Of a DNA stretch of 39,593 bases, positions 19,924 to 29,042 are shown in pieces (position 1 is the first letter of the stretch; each line of letters opens with the position of its first letter). The DNA comes from Lentimicrobium sp. (GTDB taxonomy: Bacteria; Bacteroidota; Bacteroidia; Bacteroidales; 4484-276), in assembly GCA_012516825.1 (NCBI GenBank), contig JAAYWF010000094.1, forward strand, positions 1 through 39,593, given 5' to 3'. Both the position numbers and the translations under genes were made by a program. The notes beneath the pieces are model-generated. The model did not search any database. It was not told the DNA's origin and saw only the letters and a list, made by a program, of their open reading frames with translations.

Positions 19924-22251
19924 ATGAAGTCAATTTTTAATCTTTCCGCACTGTTTTTTTTATTATTGCTAATCCCTTCTATACATGCTCAAATAGCAAT
20001 AGGCGAATGGCGCGATCATTTGCCATACTCGCGAACCGTAAGAGTGGCTGAAGTAGAAAACATGATCTACTGCGCAACTCAATATAGCATTTTTGTTTAT
20101 GATAAAGATGACCAAAGCGTTTTGCGCAAATCAAAAGTAAACGGGCTTTCGGATGTGGGTATTAGCGCCATGATGTATAACAAAGAATACAAAACCCTTG
20201 TGATTACCTATACCAACACAAATATTGATTTGATTAAAGAGGGGAAAGTTATCAATTTTTCCGACATCAAACGGCGGCAGATATTGGGTAATAAAACAAT
20301 CAATAACATCACTTTCAACGATAGTCTTACTTATTTTTCTTGCGGTTTTGGCATTGTCGTTTTGGATATTAAAAATGAAGAATTTCCTGAACCGACATAT
20401 TTTATTGGACCTGAAGGCAGTCAGTTAAATGTGTTGGATATCACTTTTGGCGCCGATTCGGTGTATGCAGCCACTGAAAGCGGTATTTACAAAGCATCCT
20501 TAAACAGCACCAATCTTGCCAATTTCAATGAATGGACAAAAGATCAACGACTATACCCTAACAAAAGCTTCAACGCCATCACTTTTTATAATGGCCGGCT
20601 GTTTACCAATAGTCATATTGAAGGTAACACTTCTGACACATTATTTATGTACGACTATTACTCACACACCTGGAGTATATTACCCGGCAGCAGTTTTTTA
20701 CAAAAGTTTAGGTTAAACGTTTCTAACGAACAACTTATTGAAGTTACAGAATTGGGCATTCAAATCTACGATCAGAGTTTTTCAAAAGTAGCTACATTTG
20801 ACAATCCGGGTGGGATAAATTTACAATCGCGCGATGTCATTATTGATAAAAACAATACCAAATGGATTGCCGACAATCGTTATGGTTTAGTATCAGTGGA
20901 AAATGATAAAAGCGCCTTTTTTATTACCCCCAACGGACCGCATTCACATAAGGTTTTCGATATGGCCATTGAAGATCAGAAACTGTGGGTTGCATCTGGT
21001 GGCAGAACGTTGAGCTGGGGCAAAATGTATATCGCCGATGGTGTCTATTCGTTCATTAACGAATCCTGGAAAAATTATAACGGTAGCACTGGATACAAAA
21101 CTTTTGATACCATAAACGACATGACCTGTATTGCTATCAATCCAAAAGATAACCGGCAAGTCTTCGTTGGAAATTGGGTAAGCGGAGTTATTGAATTTTT
21201 TGATGAACAGGTAGTCAACGTTTATAGCACCCACAACAGCTCGTTACAGATTTGGCCTACAGCAACATATGTAGCAGTGAGCGGGATGGATTTTGATAGC
21301 CATAACAACTTGTGGGTTGTCAATTCAGGAGCAACAAATTTACTATCAGCAAAAAAACCTGACGGCACGTGGAAAGGTTTCTATCTCGGTTCAAATGCAA
21401 GTAGCATTGATGCTTCAAAGGTGATGGTTGACAGTTACAATCAAAAATGGATATTGGTTAGAGCCGATCATAAATTGGTGGTATTCAGCGAAAACAATAC
21501 ATTTGATAACACCTCAGACGATAAAGTTAAAATACTTACCAACGCACCTGGGAATGGTAATTTGCCCGGCAACAAAATATATAGTATTGCTGAAGATCAA
21601 GACGGCAGAATATGGATTGGTACTGATCAGGGGGTTGGTGTGATCTATTCGCCACAAAACGTCTTCGGTGATGGGAACTATGACGTGCAGCGTATTCTTG
21701 TTGAGGTTGGTGGTTATGTTCAATATTTACTTGAGTCAGAAGTTGTTACTTCTATTGCCATAGATGGCGACAACCAGAAATGGATAGGAACAGAACGTGC
21801 TGGAGTTTTTCTGTTATCGGCCAATGGCACAGAGCAAATTCATCATTTTACTGAGGAAAACAGCCCTTTATTTTCCAATCTAATCGTTGATATTGCTATC
21901 AACCACAAAAGCGGAGAAATCTTTTTTGCAACCAGTAGAGGCATTATTTCATATCGAGGAACTGCTACAAACCCGAACCCCACACATTCTGATGTTGTGG
22001 TTTTTCCAAACCCTGTAAGAGAAAGCTATACCGGAGCTATTGCCATCAACGGATTGGTAAACAAAGCCAATGTTAAAATTACCGATATCAATGGTAATTT
22101 AGTGTACACAACCAAAGTAGAAGGAGGGCAGGTAATATGGTATGGGACCAACATGAGTGGAAAACGTGCCAGTAGCGGAGTATATTTGGTATTTGTAAGC
22201 GATGATCAAGGGGTTGAAAAAATGGTTACAAAAATTTTGTTCATCAAATAA
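19924..22251 (+). CDS. porZ: PorZ-like T9SS protein: double beta-propeller (Reg_prop repeats) with a C-terminal T9SS sorting domain
   Basis: 775 aa with a signal peptide (LLLLIPSIHAQ). Repeated Reg_prop-type blades are present (DQDGRIWIGTDQGVGVI, DGDNQKWIGTERAGVFLL, DKNNTKWIADNRYGLVSV, DSHNNLWVVNSG). The last ~85 aa (VVVFPNPVRES...SGVYLVFV...KILFIK) look like a type A Por secretion tail. The size matches P. gingivalis PorZ (~776 aa, from memory). Confidence 0.6.
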   Translation: MKSIFNLSALFFLLLLIPSIHAQIAIGEWRDHLPYSRTVRVAEVENMIYCATQYSIFVYDKDDQSVLRKSKVNGLSDVGISAMMYNKEYKTLVITYTNTNIDLIKEGKVINFSDIKRRQILGNKTINNITFNDSLTYFSCGFGIVVLDIKNEEFPEPTYFIGPEGSQLNVLDITFGADSVYAATESGIYKASLNSTNLANFNEWTKDQRLYPNKSFNAITFYNGRLFTNSHIEGNTSDTLFMYDYYSHTWSILPGSSFLQKFRLNVSNEQLIEVTELGIQIYDQSFSKVATFDNPGGINLQSRDVIIDKNNTKWIADNRYGLVSVENDKSAFFITPNGPHSHKVFDMAIEDQKLWVASGGRTLSWGKMYIADGVYSFINESWKNYNGSTGYKTFDTINDMTCIAINPKDNRQVFVGNWVSGVIEFFDEQVVNVYSTHNSSLQIWPTATYVAVSGMDFDSHNNLWVVNSGATNLLSAKKPDGTWKGFYLGSNASSIDASKVMVDSYNQKWILVRADHKLVVFSENNTFDNTSDDKVKILTNAPGNGNLPGNKIYSIAEDQDGRIWIGTDQGVGVIYSPQNVFGDGNYDVQRILVEVGGYVQYLLESEVVTSIAIDGDNQKWIGTERAGVFLLSANGTEQIHHFTEENSPLFSNLIVDIAINHKSGEIFFATSRGIISYRGTATNPNPTHSDVVVFPNPVRESYTGAIAINGLVNKANVKITDINGNLVYTTKVEGGQVIWYGTNMSGKRASSGVYLVFVSDDQGVEKMVTKILFIK

Positions 22252-22267
22252 CTTTTTATTTCAAAAA

Positions 22268-22990
22268 ATGATCTCAAAAACGCGAGGAATCATTTTTAAA
22301 ACAATAAAATATTCGGATAATAGCCTGATAGTAAAAGTATATACCGAACTTTTTGGACTGCGCTCTTACATTACTCGCGGATTAAACAAAAAGAAAATCA
22401 GTATAAACAAAAGCAATCTCCAACCGCTTTCTATTGTTAATATCCTAGTTTACGAAAATGGAAAAGGAGGTCTTCAAACAATTAAAGAGATAGAGAGCGC
22501 TTATCCTTACCGGTCGTTGCCCTTCGATGTGCGCAAAAGCTGCATAGCGCTGTTTATCAACGAAGTGATGTATCATTCAATACGTAACGAAATAGCTGAC
22601 ATCGAACTCTTTAAATTTCTCTATAATACCCTGATTAACCTTGATGAAATTAAAGATAAGTATGAGAACCTTCATCTTCAGTTTTTAATTAACCTCGCCA
22701 AATACCTTGGCATTGCACCTAGAAATAATTATAGCGCGACAAATCAGTTTTTCGACCTTCAGGAAGGAATCTTCATCAGCGAGCCACCACTGCATGCTAA
22801 CTGGCTGAACGAAACCTTAAGCCAGAAGCTTTTTCAAATGATAAAACAACCAGAAACAACCCCTCTTTTATTTACTAATGCAGCAGCACGTAACGAAATC
22901 CTTTTCAATCTGATGAATTACTTCAGATTTCATATTCCAGGGTTTGGCGAACTAAAATCACCCGCTATACTTAGCGAGGTGTTAACCTAA
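22268..22990 (+). CDS. recO: DNA repair protein RecO
   Basis: The N-terminus MISKTRGIIFKTIKYSDNSLIVKVYTELFGLRSY is the typical RecO OB-fold start, and the length of ~240 aa fits. The track ORF start at 22202 would overlap the upstream gene by 50 nt, so the ATG at 22268 is preferred. Confidence 0.85.
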   Translation: MISKTRGIIFKTIKYSDNSLIVKVYTELFGLRSYITRGLNKKKISINKSNLQPLSIVNILVYENGKGGLQTIKEIESAYPYRSLPFDVRKSCIALFINEVMYHSIRNEIADIELFKFLYNTLINLDEIKDKYENLHLQFLINLAKYLGIAPRNNYSATNQFFDLQEGIFISEPPLHANWLNETLSQKLFQMIKQPETTPLLFTNAAARNEILFNLMNYFRFHIPGFGELKSPAILSEVLT

Positions 22991-23000
22991 ATTTTTTAAA

Positions 23001-23195
23001 ATGATTAACAAAATAGCTCGCAATTTTTTATACTTAGCTTTACTATTCATTGTTTTGACGGCGCTTTCGTGTAGTTCAACCAAAAGAGGATCGAAACGAA
23101 AAAAATGCGACTGTCCTAAATGGAGTTATCATATTGAGGATAAAGCCAATATTAATCAAACCGATTTGTTTAATCATTTTGAAAAGCACATTTAA
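23001..23195 (+). CDS. small putative lipoprotein (64 aa)
   Basis: Signal peptide with the lipobox-like LTALSC, followed by the basic stretch STKRGSKRKKCDCPKWS. It is tightly packed between neighbours, 10 nt after recO and 14 nt before the next gene. Confidence 0.5.
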   Translation: MINKIARNFLYLALLFIVLTALSCSSTKRGSKRKKCDCPKWSYHIEDKANINQTDLFNHFEKHI

Positions 23196-23209
23196 AACTC
23201 TGTATTATA

Positions 23210-23818
23210 GTGTATAAACTAATCGAAACGTTGCGCAATCATCTTCCTAAAAATGCAATAGATCTGGTATATGATCAAATCGTAAAAAATAATATTCAAC
23301 TAACTATTACTCCCACACGTAAAAGCAAAGCAGGAGATTACCGCCCAGCGGTTAGCGGAAAACCGGCCCGAATCTCCATTAATGGTTCACTTAATCCTTA
23401 TGGGTTTTTATTGGTTTTTTTACACGAATTAGCTCATCATATAACATGGACGAAATATAAACGCAGTGTTGCACCTCACGGTAAAGAGTGGAAAAAGGAA
23501 TTGAAAAAATTACATGCAGAGCTGGCTTCTGATGAAATATTCCCCGATGATATACTCAATTATTTGAAAGATGAAAACCGGCGTATCTATGCTTCAACCC
23601 ATGCCGACATAAAAATGGCACGCACGCTAAAAAAATATGACAAAGACTTGAATGGAATATCAATAGAATCCATACCTGAGAATACAATCTTTAAAACCGC
23701 TGAAGGAAGGAGATTTAAGAAATTAAAGAAGCGACGCAAAAACTATTTTTGCCTCTCCTTAGACAATCAGCGACTCTATGTTTTTAGCCCGTTACTTGAA
23801 GTTTATCCTTTAAATTGA
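23210..23818 (+). CDS. SprT-like zinc metalloprotease domain protein
   Basis: 202 aa with a GTG start. The HExxH motif is in FLHELAHHITW. The N-terminal pattern (TITPTRKSKAGDYR...ISIN..LNPY) is typical of bacterial SprT-like proteins. The C-terminal region is basic. Confidence 0.7.
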   Translation: MYKLIETLRNHLPKNAIDLVYDQIVKNNIQLTITPTRKSKAGDYRPAVSGKPARISINGSLNPYGFLLVFLHELAHHITWTKYKRSVAPHGKEWKKELKKLHAELASDEIFPDDILNYLKDENRRIYASTHADIKMARTLKKYDKDLNGISIESIPENTIFKTAEGRRFKKLKKRRKNYFCLSLDNQRLYVFSPLLEVYPLN

Positions 23819-23911
23819 TTTTTAAAAAGGCATTTTTCTAAATTTATTGACCTTTTACTAACAACCACATCAAATAAAATTTCATCTTTATCTAAACATA
23901 AAATAGCTAAT

Positions 23912-25003
23912 ATGAATAAAGACAACTACTGCGTAATCATGGCAGGCGGAATAGGAGCAAGGTTTTGGCCGATGAGCCGGACAACCCGCCCGAAACAATT
24001 TATTGACATCCTTGGTAATGGCGAGACTTTAATTCAAAGCACATTCAAACGCCTTGAACGAATTTGCCCTAAAGAGAACATCTTTATCGTTACCAATGAG
24101 ATATATGAAAATCAAGTAAAACACCAACTGCCTCAAATGGCTTCGAACAACATTTTACTTGAACCGGCTATGCGAAATACCGCCCCTTGCATAGCCTACG
24201 CCAACTATAAAATTGCAGCCATAAACCCCAATGCTAATATCGTAGTAGCTCCCTCCGATCACATCATTATTGATGAAGAGGAATTTACAAATAACATTAA
24301 TACCGCTCTCACAGCAGCATCGCAAAACGAATGGCTGATTACACTTGGGATCATACCAACACGTCCCGACACAGGATATGGATACATACAATACAATGAC
24401 GCAATTAGAGACCCCAACAATCAAAATATGCGTAAAGTGAAAACATTTACGGAAAAGCCAAATTTAGAATTAGCTGAAAAATTCCTTGCAAGTGGGGATT
24501 TTTTGTGGAACTCCGGAATCTTCATTTGGTCGCTAAAAACTATTACAAAAGCATTTGAAACATATCTTGACGACATTAATGATCTGTTCAAAGAGGGAAT
24601 TGGCCTTTATAATACCGAAAAAGAAAAATCATTTATCAACGATATTTATACAAGTTGCCGAAAAATATCAATTGATTACGGCATCATGGAAAAAGCTACA
24701 AATGTGTACGTTTTATCAGCCGATTTCAAATGGTCAGACCTCGGCACATGGGGATCGCTTTACGACACGCGCAAAAAAGATGAAAATAACAATGCGGTGG
24801 TAGGAAATGATGTGTTGCTGTACGACACCACTAACTGTATAATTAATATGCCCGCCGGAAAATTGGTGGTGCTTCAAGGATTAGACGATTATATTATCGT
24901 GGAAGACAGCAATGCACTGCTCATTTGCCGGAAATCGGATGAGCAGGAAATACGAAGATTTGTGAGCGATATCAAAAACAAAAAAGGAGAAAATTTTATT
25001 TAA
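23912..25003 (+). CDS. manC: mannose-1-phosphate guanylyltransferase
   Basis: 363 aa. The nucleotidyltransferase motif is MAGGIGARFWPMSRTTRPKQF. Segments PSDH, GYGYI and EKP are in the expected order. Confidence 0.85.
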   Translation: MNKDNYCVIMAGGIGARFWPMSRTTRPKQFIDILGNGETLIQSTFKRLERICPKENIFIVTNEIYENQVKHQLPQMASNNILLEPAMRNTAPCIAYANYKIAAINPNANIVVAPSDHIIIDEEEFTNNINTALTAASQNEWLITLGIIPTRPDTGYGYIQYNDAIRDPNNQNMRKVKTFTEKPNLELAEKFLASGDFLWNSGIFIWSLKTITKAFETYLDDINDLFKEGIGLYNTEKEKSFINDIYTSCRKISIDYGIMEKATNVYVLSADFKWSDLGTWGSLYDTRKKDENNNAVVGNDVLLYDTTNCIINMPAGKLVVLQGLDDYIIVEDSNALLICRKSDEQEIRRFVSDIKNKKGENFI

Positions 25004-25029
25004 TTCAACAACTTCAACTCTATTTCGGA

Positions 25030-27192
25030 ATGAAAAAAATTTATGGATTTCTATTGACTTTATTCCTCGCATCAAGCTTTGTTAGTTATGCTGACGAAGG
25101 AATGTGGCTGCCATTGTTTATTGACAGGCTTAATTACACCGACATGCAACAAAAAGGCCTGCAGCTTACGGCGGAAGAAATATATAGTATTAATAATTCA
25201 AGTTTAAAAGATGCTATTATCATTTTCGGCCGTGGATGTACAGGCGAAGTTGTTTCGCCAAATGGCCTGATTTTCACTAATCACCACTGTGGTTATGGAC
25301 AGATACAGGCCCATAGCTCCATAGAACACGATTATCTTACCGATGGTTTCTGGGCTATGAATTTAGAAGAGGAGTTGCCAAATCCCGGACTTACTGCAAC
25401 TTTTCTTATACGCATTGAAGATGTAACCGAAAAAGTTAAGGCTATGCTAAACGACCAGATGTCAGAAAAGGAAAGAAACAGCGAAATAAGTAAAATAGGT
25501 AAAAAAATAACGGACGAAGCTACTAAAGAGACACATTACGAAGCAAGCGTAAGAAGTTTCTTTGCCGGCGATGAATTCTATTTGTTCGTTTACGAAGTTT
25601 TTAAAGACGTTAGATTAGTCGGAACTCCCCCTTCATCAATAGGCAAATATGGAGCAGATTCCGATAACTGGATGTGGCCACGTCATACAGGAGATTTCTC
25701 GATTTTTAGAATATATTCCGGTCCCGATGGCAAACCTGCCGATTATTCAAAAGAAAATATACCATACAAACCAAAGCATTTTCTTCCTATCTCAATTGAT
25801 GGTGTGGAAAACGAAGACTTTACCATGATCATGGGATATCCGGGAAGCACAAGCCGTTATTTTTCATCTTGGGACGTCGAACTGGCTATTGAAGAGAGCA
25901 ATCCGACGGTTGTTTTTATTAGAGAACAAAAACTGAATATCATGCGTAAATACATGGATGCTTCAGATGCTGTAAGAATCCAATACGCTTCAAAATATGC
26001 CGGAACTTCTAACTATTGGAAATATTGTATTGGGCAAACAAGAGGGCTGAAAAGGTTAAAAGTAGTTGAGAAGAAACGCCTTGAAGAGGCGGATTTTACG
26101 TCATGGATAAATGGCGATCCGGCAAGAAAACCAATATATGGCGAGGCGCTTGCAATGCGAAAAGAAGCAGTAGGCAAACAACGTGAAATAAATATTGCGC
26201 AAATTTATCTGAATGAAGCCATCACACGAGGAAGTGAAATAGTCCTTTTTTCACGCAGATTTAATAATTTGCTTAAAATCATTAATGAAAAAACACCTGA
26301 TAACACCGCCTTGGATAATGAAATCAAAAAATTAAAAGAAATATCAATCAATCATTTCAAAAATTATAATGCCAAGCTTGATGAAGAATTACTTGGCATA
26401 ATGCTTACTATCTATTATAAAAACGTACCTCAAAATCAACAACCGGCATTTATCAACACATTATACAAGAAATTCAAAGGTAACTTTTCGGCTTATGCAA
26501 ATTATGTTTTTTCAAAATCTGTTTTTACAAGTCAGGAAAAGGTAAGCAAACTTCTCAACAAGCCCACGGCTAAAGTCTTAGAAAAAGATCCGGCAACACT
26601 CCTGGGAAATGCCTTTTTAGATATTCAGCAGACTATTCGGAAGAGGTATAGCGAAATTAACGAACTGTCTGCAAAAGGCGAAAGGTTATACATCAGAGGT
26701 TTGCGTGAGATGAAAAAAGAGAGTAAAACATTTTATCCAGACGCAAACTTCACAATGCGTCTAACTTACGGTTCTGTTGGCGACTATTATCCGGCAGATG
26801 CTGTACATTACGATTTCTACTCAACATTAGCCGGGGTTATGGAAAAAGAAGACCCTTCAAATTGGGAGTTTTATGTACCCGAAAAACTTAAAGAGCTATA
26901 TAATAAAAGAGATTACGGGCCTTATGGTAAAAATGGAGAGATGATTGTCGGTTTTATTTCCAATAACGACATCACGGGCGGAAATAGCGGTAGTCCGGTA
27001 ATGAATGCAAGAGGAGAGTTGATCGGACTCGCCTTCGACGGTAACTGGGAAGCCATGAGCGGCGATATAATCTTCGAACCTGATTTACAAAGAACAATCT
27101 CTGTTGACATACGTTACGTCCTTTTTATAATTGATAAATTCGCAGGAGCCAAGAATATTATTGACGAGCTTACTATTGTTAAACATAGATAA
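25030..27192 (+). CDS. dpp7: S46 family dipeptidyl-peptidase, DPP7-type
   Basis: 720 aa. After the signal peptide comes ADEGMWLP. Catalytic His is in TNHHCG, and catalytic Ser is in GGNSGSPV. FDGNWE has Gly at the S1 specificity position, which is Arg in DPP11 (from memory of the DPP7/DPP11 literature). Confidence 0.9.
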   Translation: MKKIYGFLLTLFLASSFVSYADEGMWLPLFIDRLNYTDMQQKGLQLTAEEIYSINNSSLKDAIIIFGRGCTGEVVSPNGLIFTNHHCGYGQIQAHSSIEHDYLTDGFWAMNLEEELPNPGLTATFLIRIEDVTEKVKAMLNDQMSEKERNSEISKIGKKITDEATKETHYEASVRSFFAGDEFYLFVYEVFKDVRLVGTPPSSIGKYGADSDNWMWPRHTGDFSIFRIYSGPDGKPADYSKENIPYKPKHFLPISIDGVENEDFTMIMGYPGSTSRYFSSWDVELAIEESNPTVVFIREQKLNIMRKYMDASDAVRIQYASKYAGTSNYWKYCIGQTRGLKRLKVVEKKRLEEADFTSWINGDPARKPIYGEALAMRKEAVGKQREINIAQIYLNEAITRGSEIVLFSRRFNNLLKIINEKTPDNTALDNEIKKLKEISINHFKNYNAKLDEELLGIMLTIYYKNVPQNQQPAFINTLYKKFKGNFSAYANYVFSKSVFTSQEKVSKLLNKPTAKVLEKDPATLLGNAFLDIQQTIRKRYSEINELSAKGERLYIRGLREMKKESKTFYPDANFTMRLTYGSVGDYYPADAVHYDFYSTLAGVMEKEDPSNWEFYVPEKLKELYNKRDYGPYGKNGEMIVGFISNNDITGGNSGSPVMNARGELIGLAFDGNWEAMSGDIIFEPDLQRTISVDIRYVLFIIDKFAGAKNIIDELTIVKHR

Positions 27193-27280
27193 GCCATTCA
27201 AAATATTTAAAATCACCCCTTATTCTCGGAACTAATGATACTGTGGCTTTTTTAGCTTAGAAAGGCATAAAGTGTTAAAT

Positions 27281-27378
27281 AAAAAAAGCCTGGTTCAACT
27301 ATTATTGAAATGCATAAATTACTGACCGATTCTTTCGGTTTAAAACCTTGCAAATCAATCCTTGAAGCAGGCTTTTTT
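27281..27378. terminator. long-range A-tract/stem ... stem/T-tract structure between convergent genes (possible bidirectional terminator)
   Basis: AAAAAAAGCCTGGTTCAA (27281-27298) pairs with TTGAAGCAGGCTTTTTT (27362-27378), with 1 mismatch in the 11-bp GC-containing core. The loop is 63 nt and contains an inner hairpin ACCGA-TTCTT-TCGGT (27325-27339). Confidence 0.4.
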
Positions 27379-27394
27379 CGCCAGAAGATTAATT

Positions 27395-27946
27395 TTACTT
27401 TTCCTCTTGAGTATTTATCTTTTCAAGATTTTCCAAGCCTTGTATATTTAATGCTCTGGCAATTTTCCCTATTGATTTCAAATTAATGTTACCTGCAATA
27501 CTTATAAAGCCAGCTTGTTGTGGTTCAGAAATTAACAAAACAAGCTCCTTTATCTCCTCTTTTTCCTTAAGTGTAAAAATTTTCACCTCCTCTTCCTCTT
27601 CTTTTACCATCATCAGCTCACTATAATTAGCTAAATTAAGTAAATTTATCTCTTCTTTAAATTTCTCCAAAAATTTTGGATCATCACTCTTCCGAGCATC
27701 AAACATTAATATGTTTATGTAATCCAAGTTGTTAATTATTTGGTTAATCTCTTTACCACTCTCCGATTTTGTTTCATCATTTATTTCGGAAAGGACGTTG
27801 AAAAGGTCCTTGTTTATGGTAACTAACGAAAAACCTTTTACCGATGAGTATTTTTGATATAAACTCTTTGTGGGTAATTGTCCCACAGCCAATAGTGACA
27901 AGCACATAAATGCAAAAAACGGAATAACAAATTTGATCTTTTTCAT
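27395..27946 (-). CDS. DUF4252-like secreted protein
   Basis: The signal peptide is MKKIKFVIPFFAFMCLSLLAVGQ. The size (~180 aa), the pattern YQKYSSVKGFSLVTINKDLF and the position after an ECF sigma/anti-sigma pair match the DUF4252 family as I remember it. The alternative upstream ATG is at 27985. Confidence 0.6.
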   Translation of the reverse strand: MKKIKFVIPFFAFMCLSLLAVGQLPTKSLYQKYSSVKGFSLVTINKDLFNVLSEINDETKSESGKEINQIINNLDYINILMFDARKSDDPKFLEKFKEEINLLNLANYSELMMVKEEEEEVKIFTLKEKEEIKELVLLISEPQQAGFISIAGNINLKSIGKIARALNIQGLENLEKINTQEEK

Positions 27947-28001
27947 TTCAAAAAAATTATAATTATTGATTAATTGATTTGACATTTATTCACTGTTAGG
28001 A

Positions 28002-28535
28002 TTATGGATTATGTTGATTATTGACTTTTTCAATCTCCCGATCTAACTTTGATAGATTTTTTGCCAGCGTATGTAAAGCAGGTTCAAATTTTTGCAGATG
28101 ATAAAGCTGCGATGTGCCTTTATTTAGCTTTAACGAAATATAATTTAGAGCATTGGTAGTTTGAATCATCGCCAGTTGGATTTCCTCAGGTGAGTATTTA
28201 GCTGGGGGTACGGGTTTTTCATTAGTATTGAAATAGATAATTGATAAAAACAGTAATACTATCGCCGCTATAGATGATGCGAAATAAAACAAACGTTTCT
28301 GGTGTAAGCCTTTTTCCTTTTTTAGGGAAATTTTTTCCATCAATCGCTCTTCGTGGTCAATTTCAGTTTTTTCAGCTTTTTGTCTTTCTATTAGCCAAAA
28401 AAGTGATTGAACGGATTTCAGATGATCTGCAATATCTTCTCTCTGAAAATAACTTCTCAGAATATTTTCTTCGTCAACCGTTGTTAAGGCTTCGAAATAT
28501 TTATCCAATAAAATTTCAATCTCTTTTGTATTCAT
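28002..28535 (-). CDS. putative single-pass membrane anti-sigma factor
   Basis: The predicted topology is a cytoplasmic N-domain, one TM helix (LFYFASSIAAIVLLFLSIIYF) and a short C-domain. It overlaps the stop of the ECF sigma gene by 20 nt (ATG 28535; the track start at 28550 is TTG). No conserved zinc-binding anti-sigma motif was seen. Confidence 0.5.
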   Translation of the reverse strand: MNTKEIEILLDKYFEALTTVDEENILRSYFQREDIADHLKSVQSLFWLIERQKAEKTEIDHEERLMEKISLKKEKGLHQKRLFYFASSIAAIVLLFLSIIYFNTNEKPVPPAKYSPEEIQLAMIQTTNALNYISLKLNKGTSQLYHLQKFEPALHTLAKNLSKLDREIEKVNNQHNP

Positions 28536-29031
28536 AGTTTTGAATGGCAATCATTTTTTCTCTAATAAACTTGCGTGCTCTTGATAAATTCACTCTTACA
28601 GTAACCGGATTCATTGAAAGGATTTCTGCAATATCATCAAACTCCAGACCTTCAACATCCCTCAAATGAAAAATAGTTCGTTGTAATTCAGGGAGTTCGT
28701 TTAGGAGCTTAAAGACTGTAACAAGTTCATCCTTGTTTTCAAAATTCTTTTGTTGAGAGGTTGAATCAGCGATGTCATGCTCTAAATTTAATTGTGTAAC
28801 ATGATGTTTTTTTGCCTTAATTGTATCAAGACAATGATTCCTGGTAACAATCAATGCAAAAGCCTCCAAACTTTTGAATGAGTCAATATCTTCCTTTCGT
28901 GTCCATAGTTTATGAAAAACTTCCTGAACAGCATCATCGGCATCGTCAACACTGTTAAAGAACTTTTTTGCCAACCTAAAAATTTTATCCTGTAGTGGCA
29001 ATACCTGTTTGCAAAATTCTTTAGCCGTCAT
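28516..29031 (-). CDS. ECF-type RNA polymerase sigma-70 family factor
   Basis: 171 aa. Region 2 is DADDAVQEVFHKLW...FKSLEAFALIVTRNHCLD. Region 4 is LPELQRTIFHLRDVEGLEFDDIAEILSMNPVTVRVNLSRARKFIREK. Confidence 0.9.
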   Translation of the reverse strand: MTAKEFCKQVLPLQDKIFRLAKKFFNSVDDADDAVQEVFHKLWTRKEDIDSFKSLEAFALIVTRNHCLDTIKAKKHHVTQLNLEHDIADSTSQQKNFENKDELVTVFKLLNELPELQRTIFHLRDVEGLEFDDIAEILSMNPVTVRVNLSRARKFIREKMIAIQNYEYKRD

Positions 29032-29042
29032 TTAATTTAAAA

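Noticed and set aside
22202-22267. N-terminal extensions in track ORFs: recO from 22202, hutH from 30782, ccsBA from TTG 16683, anti-sigma from TTG 28550, plsY from 11854, DUF4252 from 27985
   Set aside because: The extensions overlap upstream genes or promoter boxes and add residues atypical for the families. Internal ATGs give canonical N-termini. The plsY and DUF4252 starts remain uncertain.
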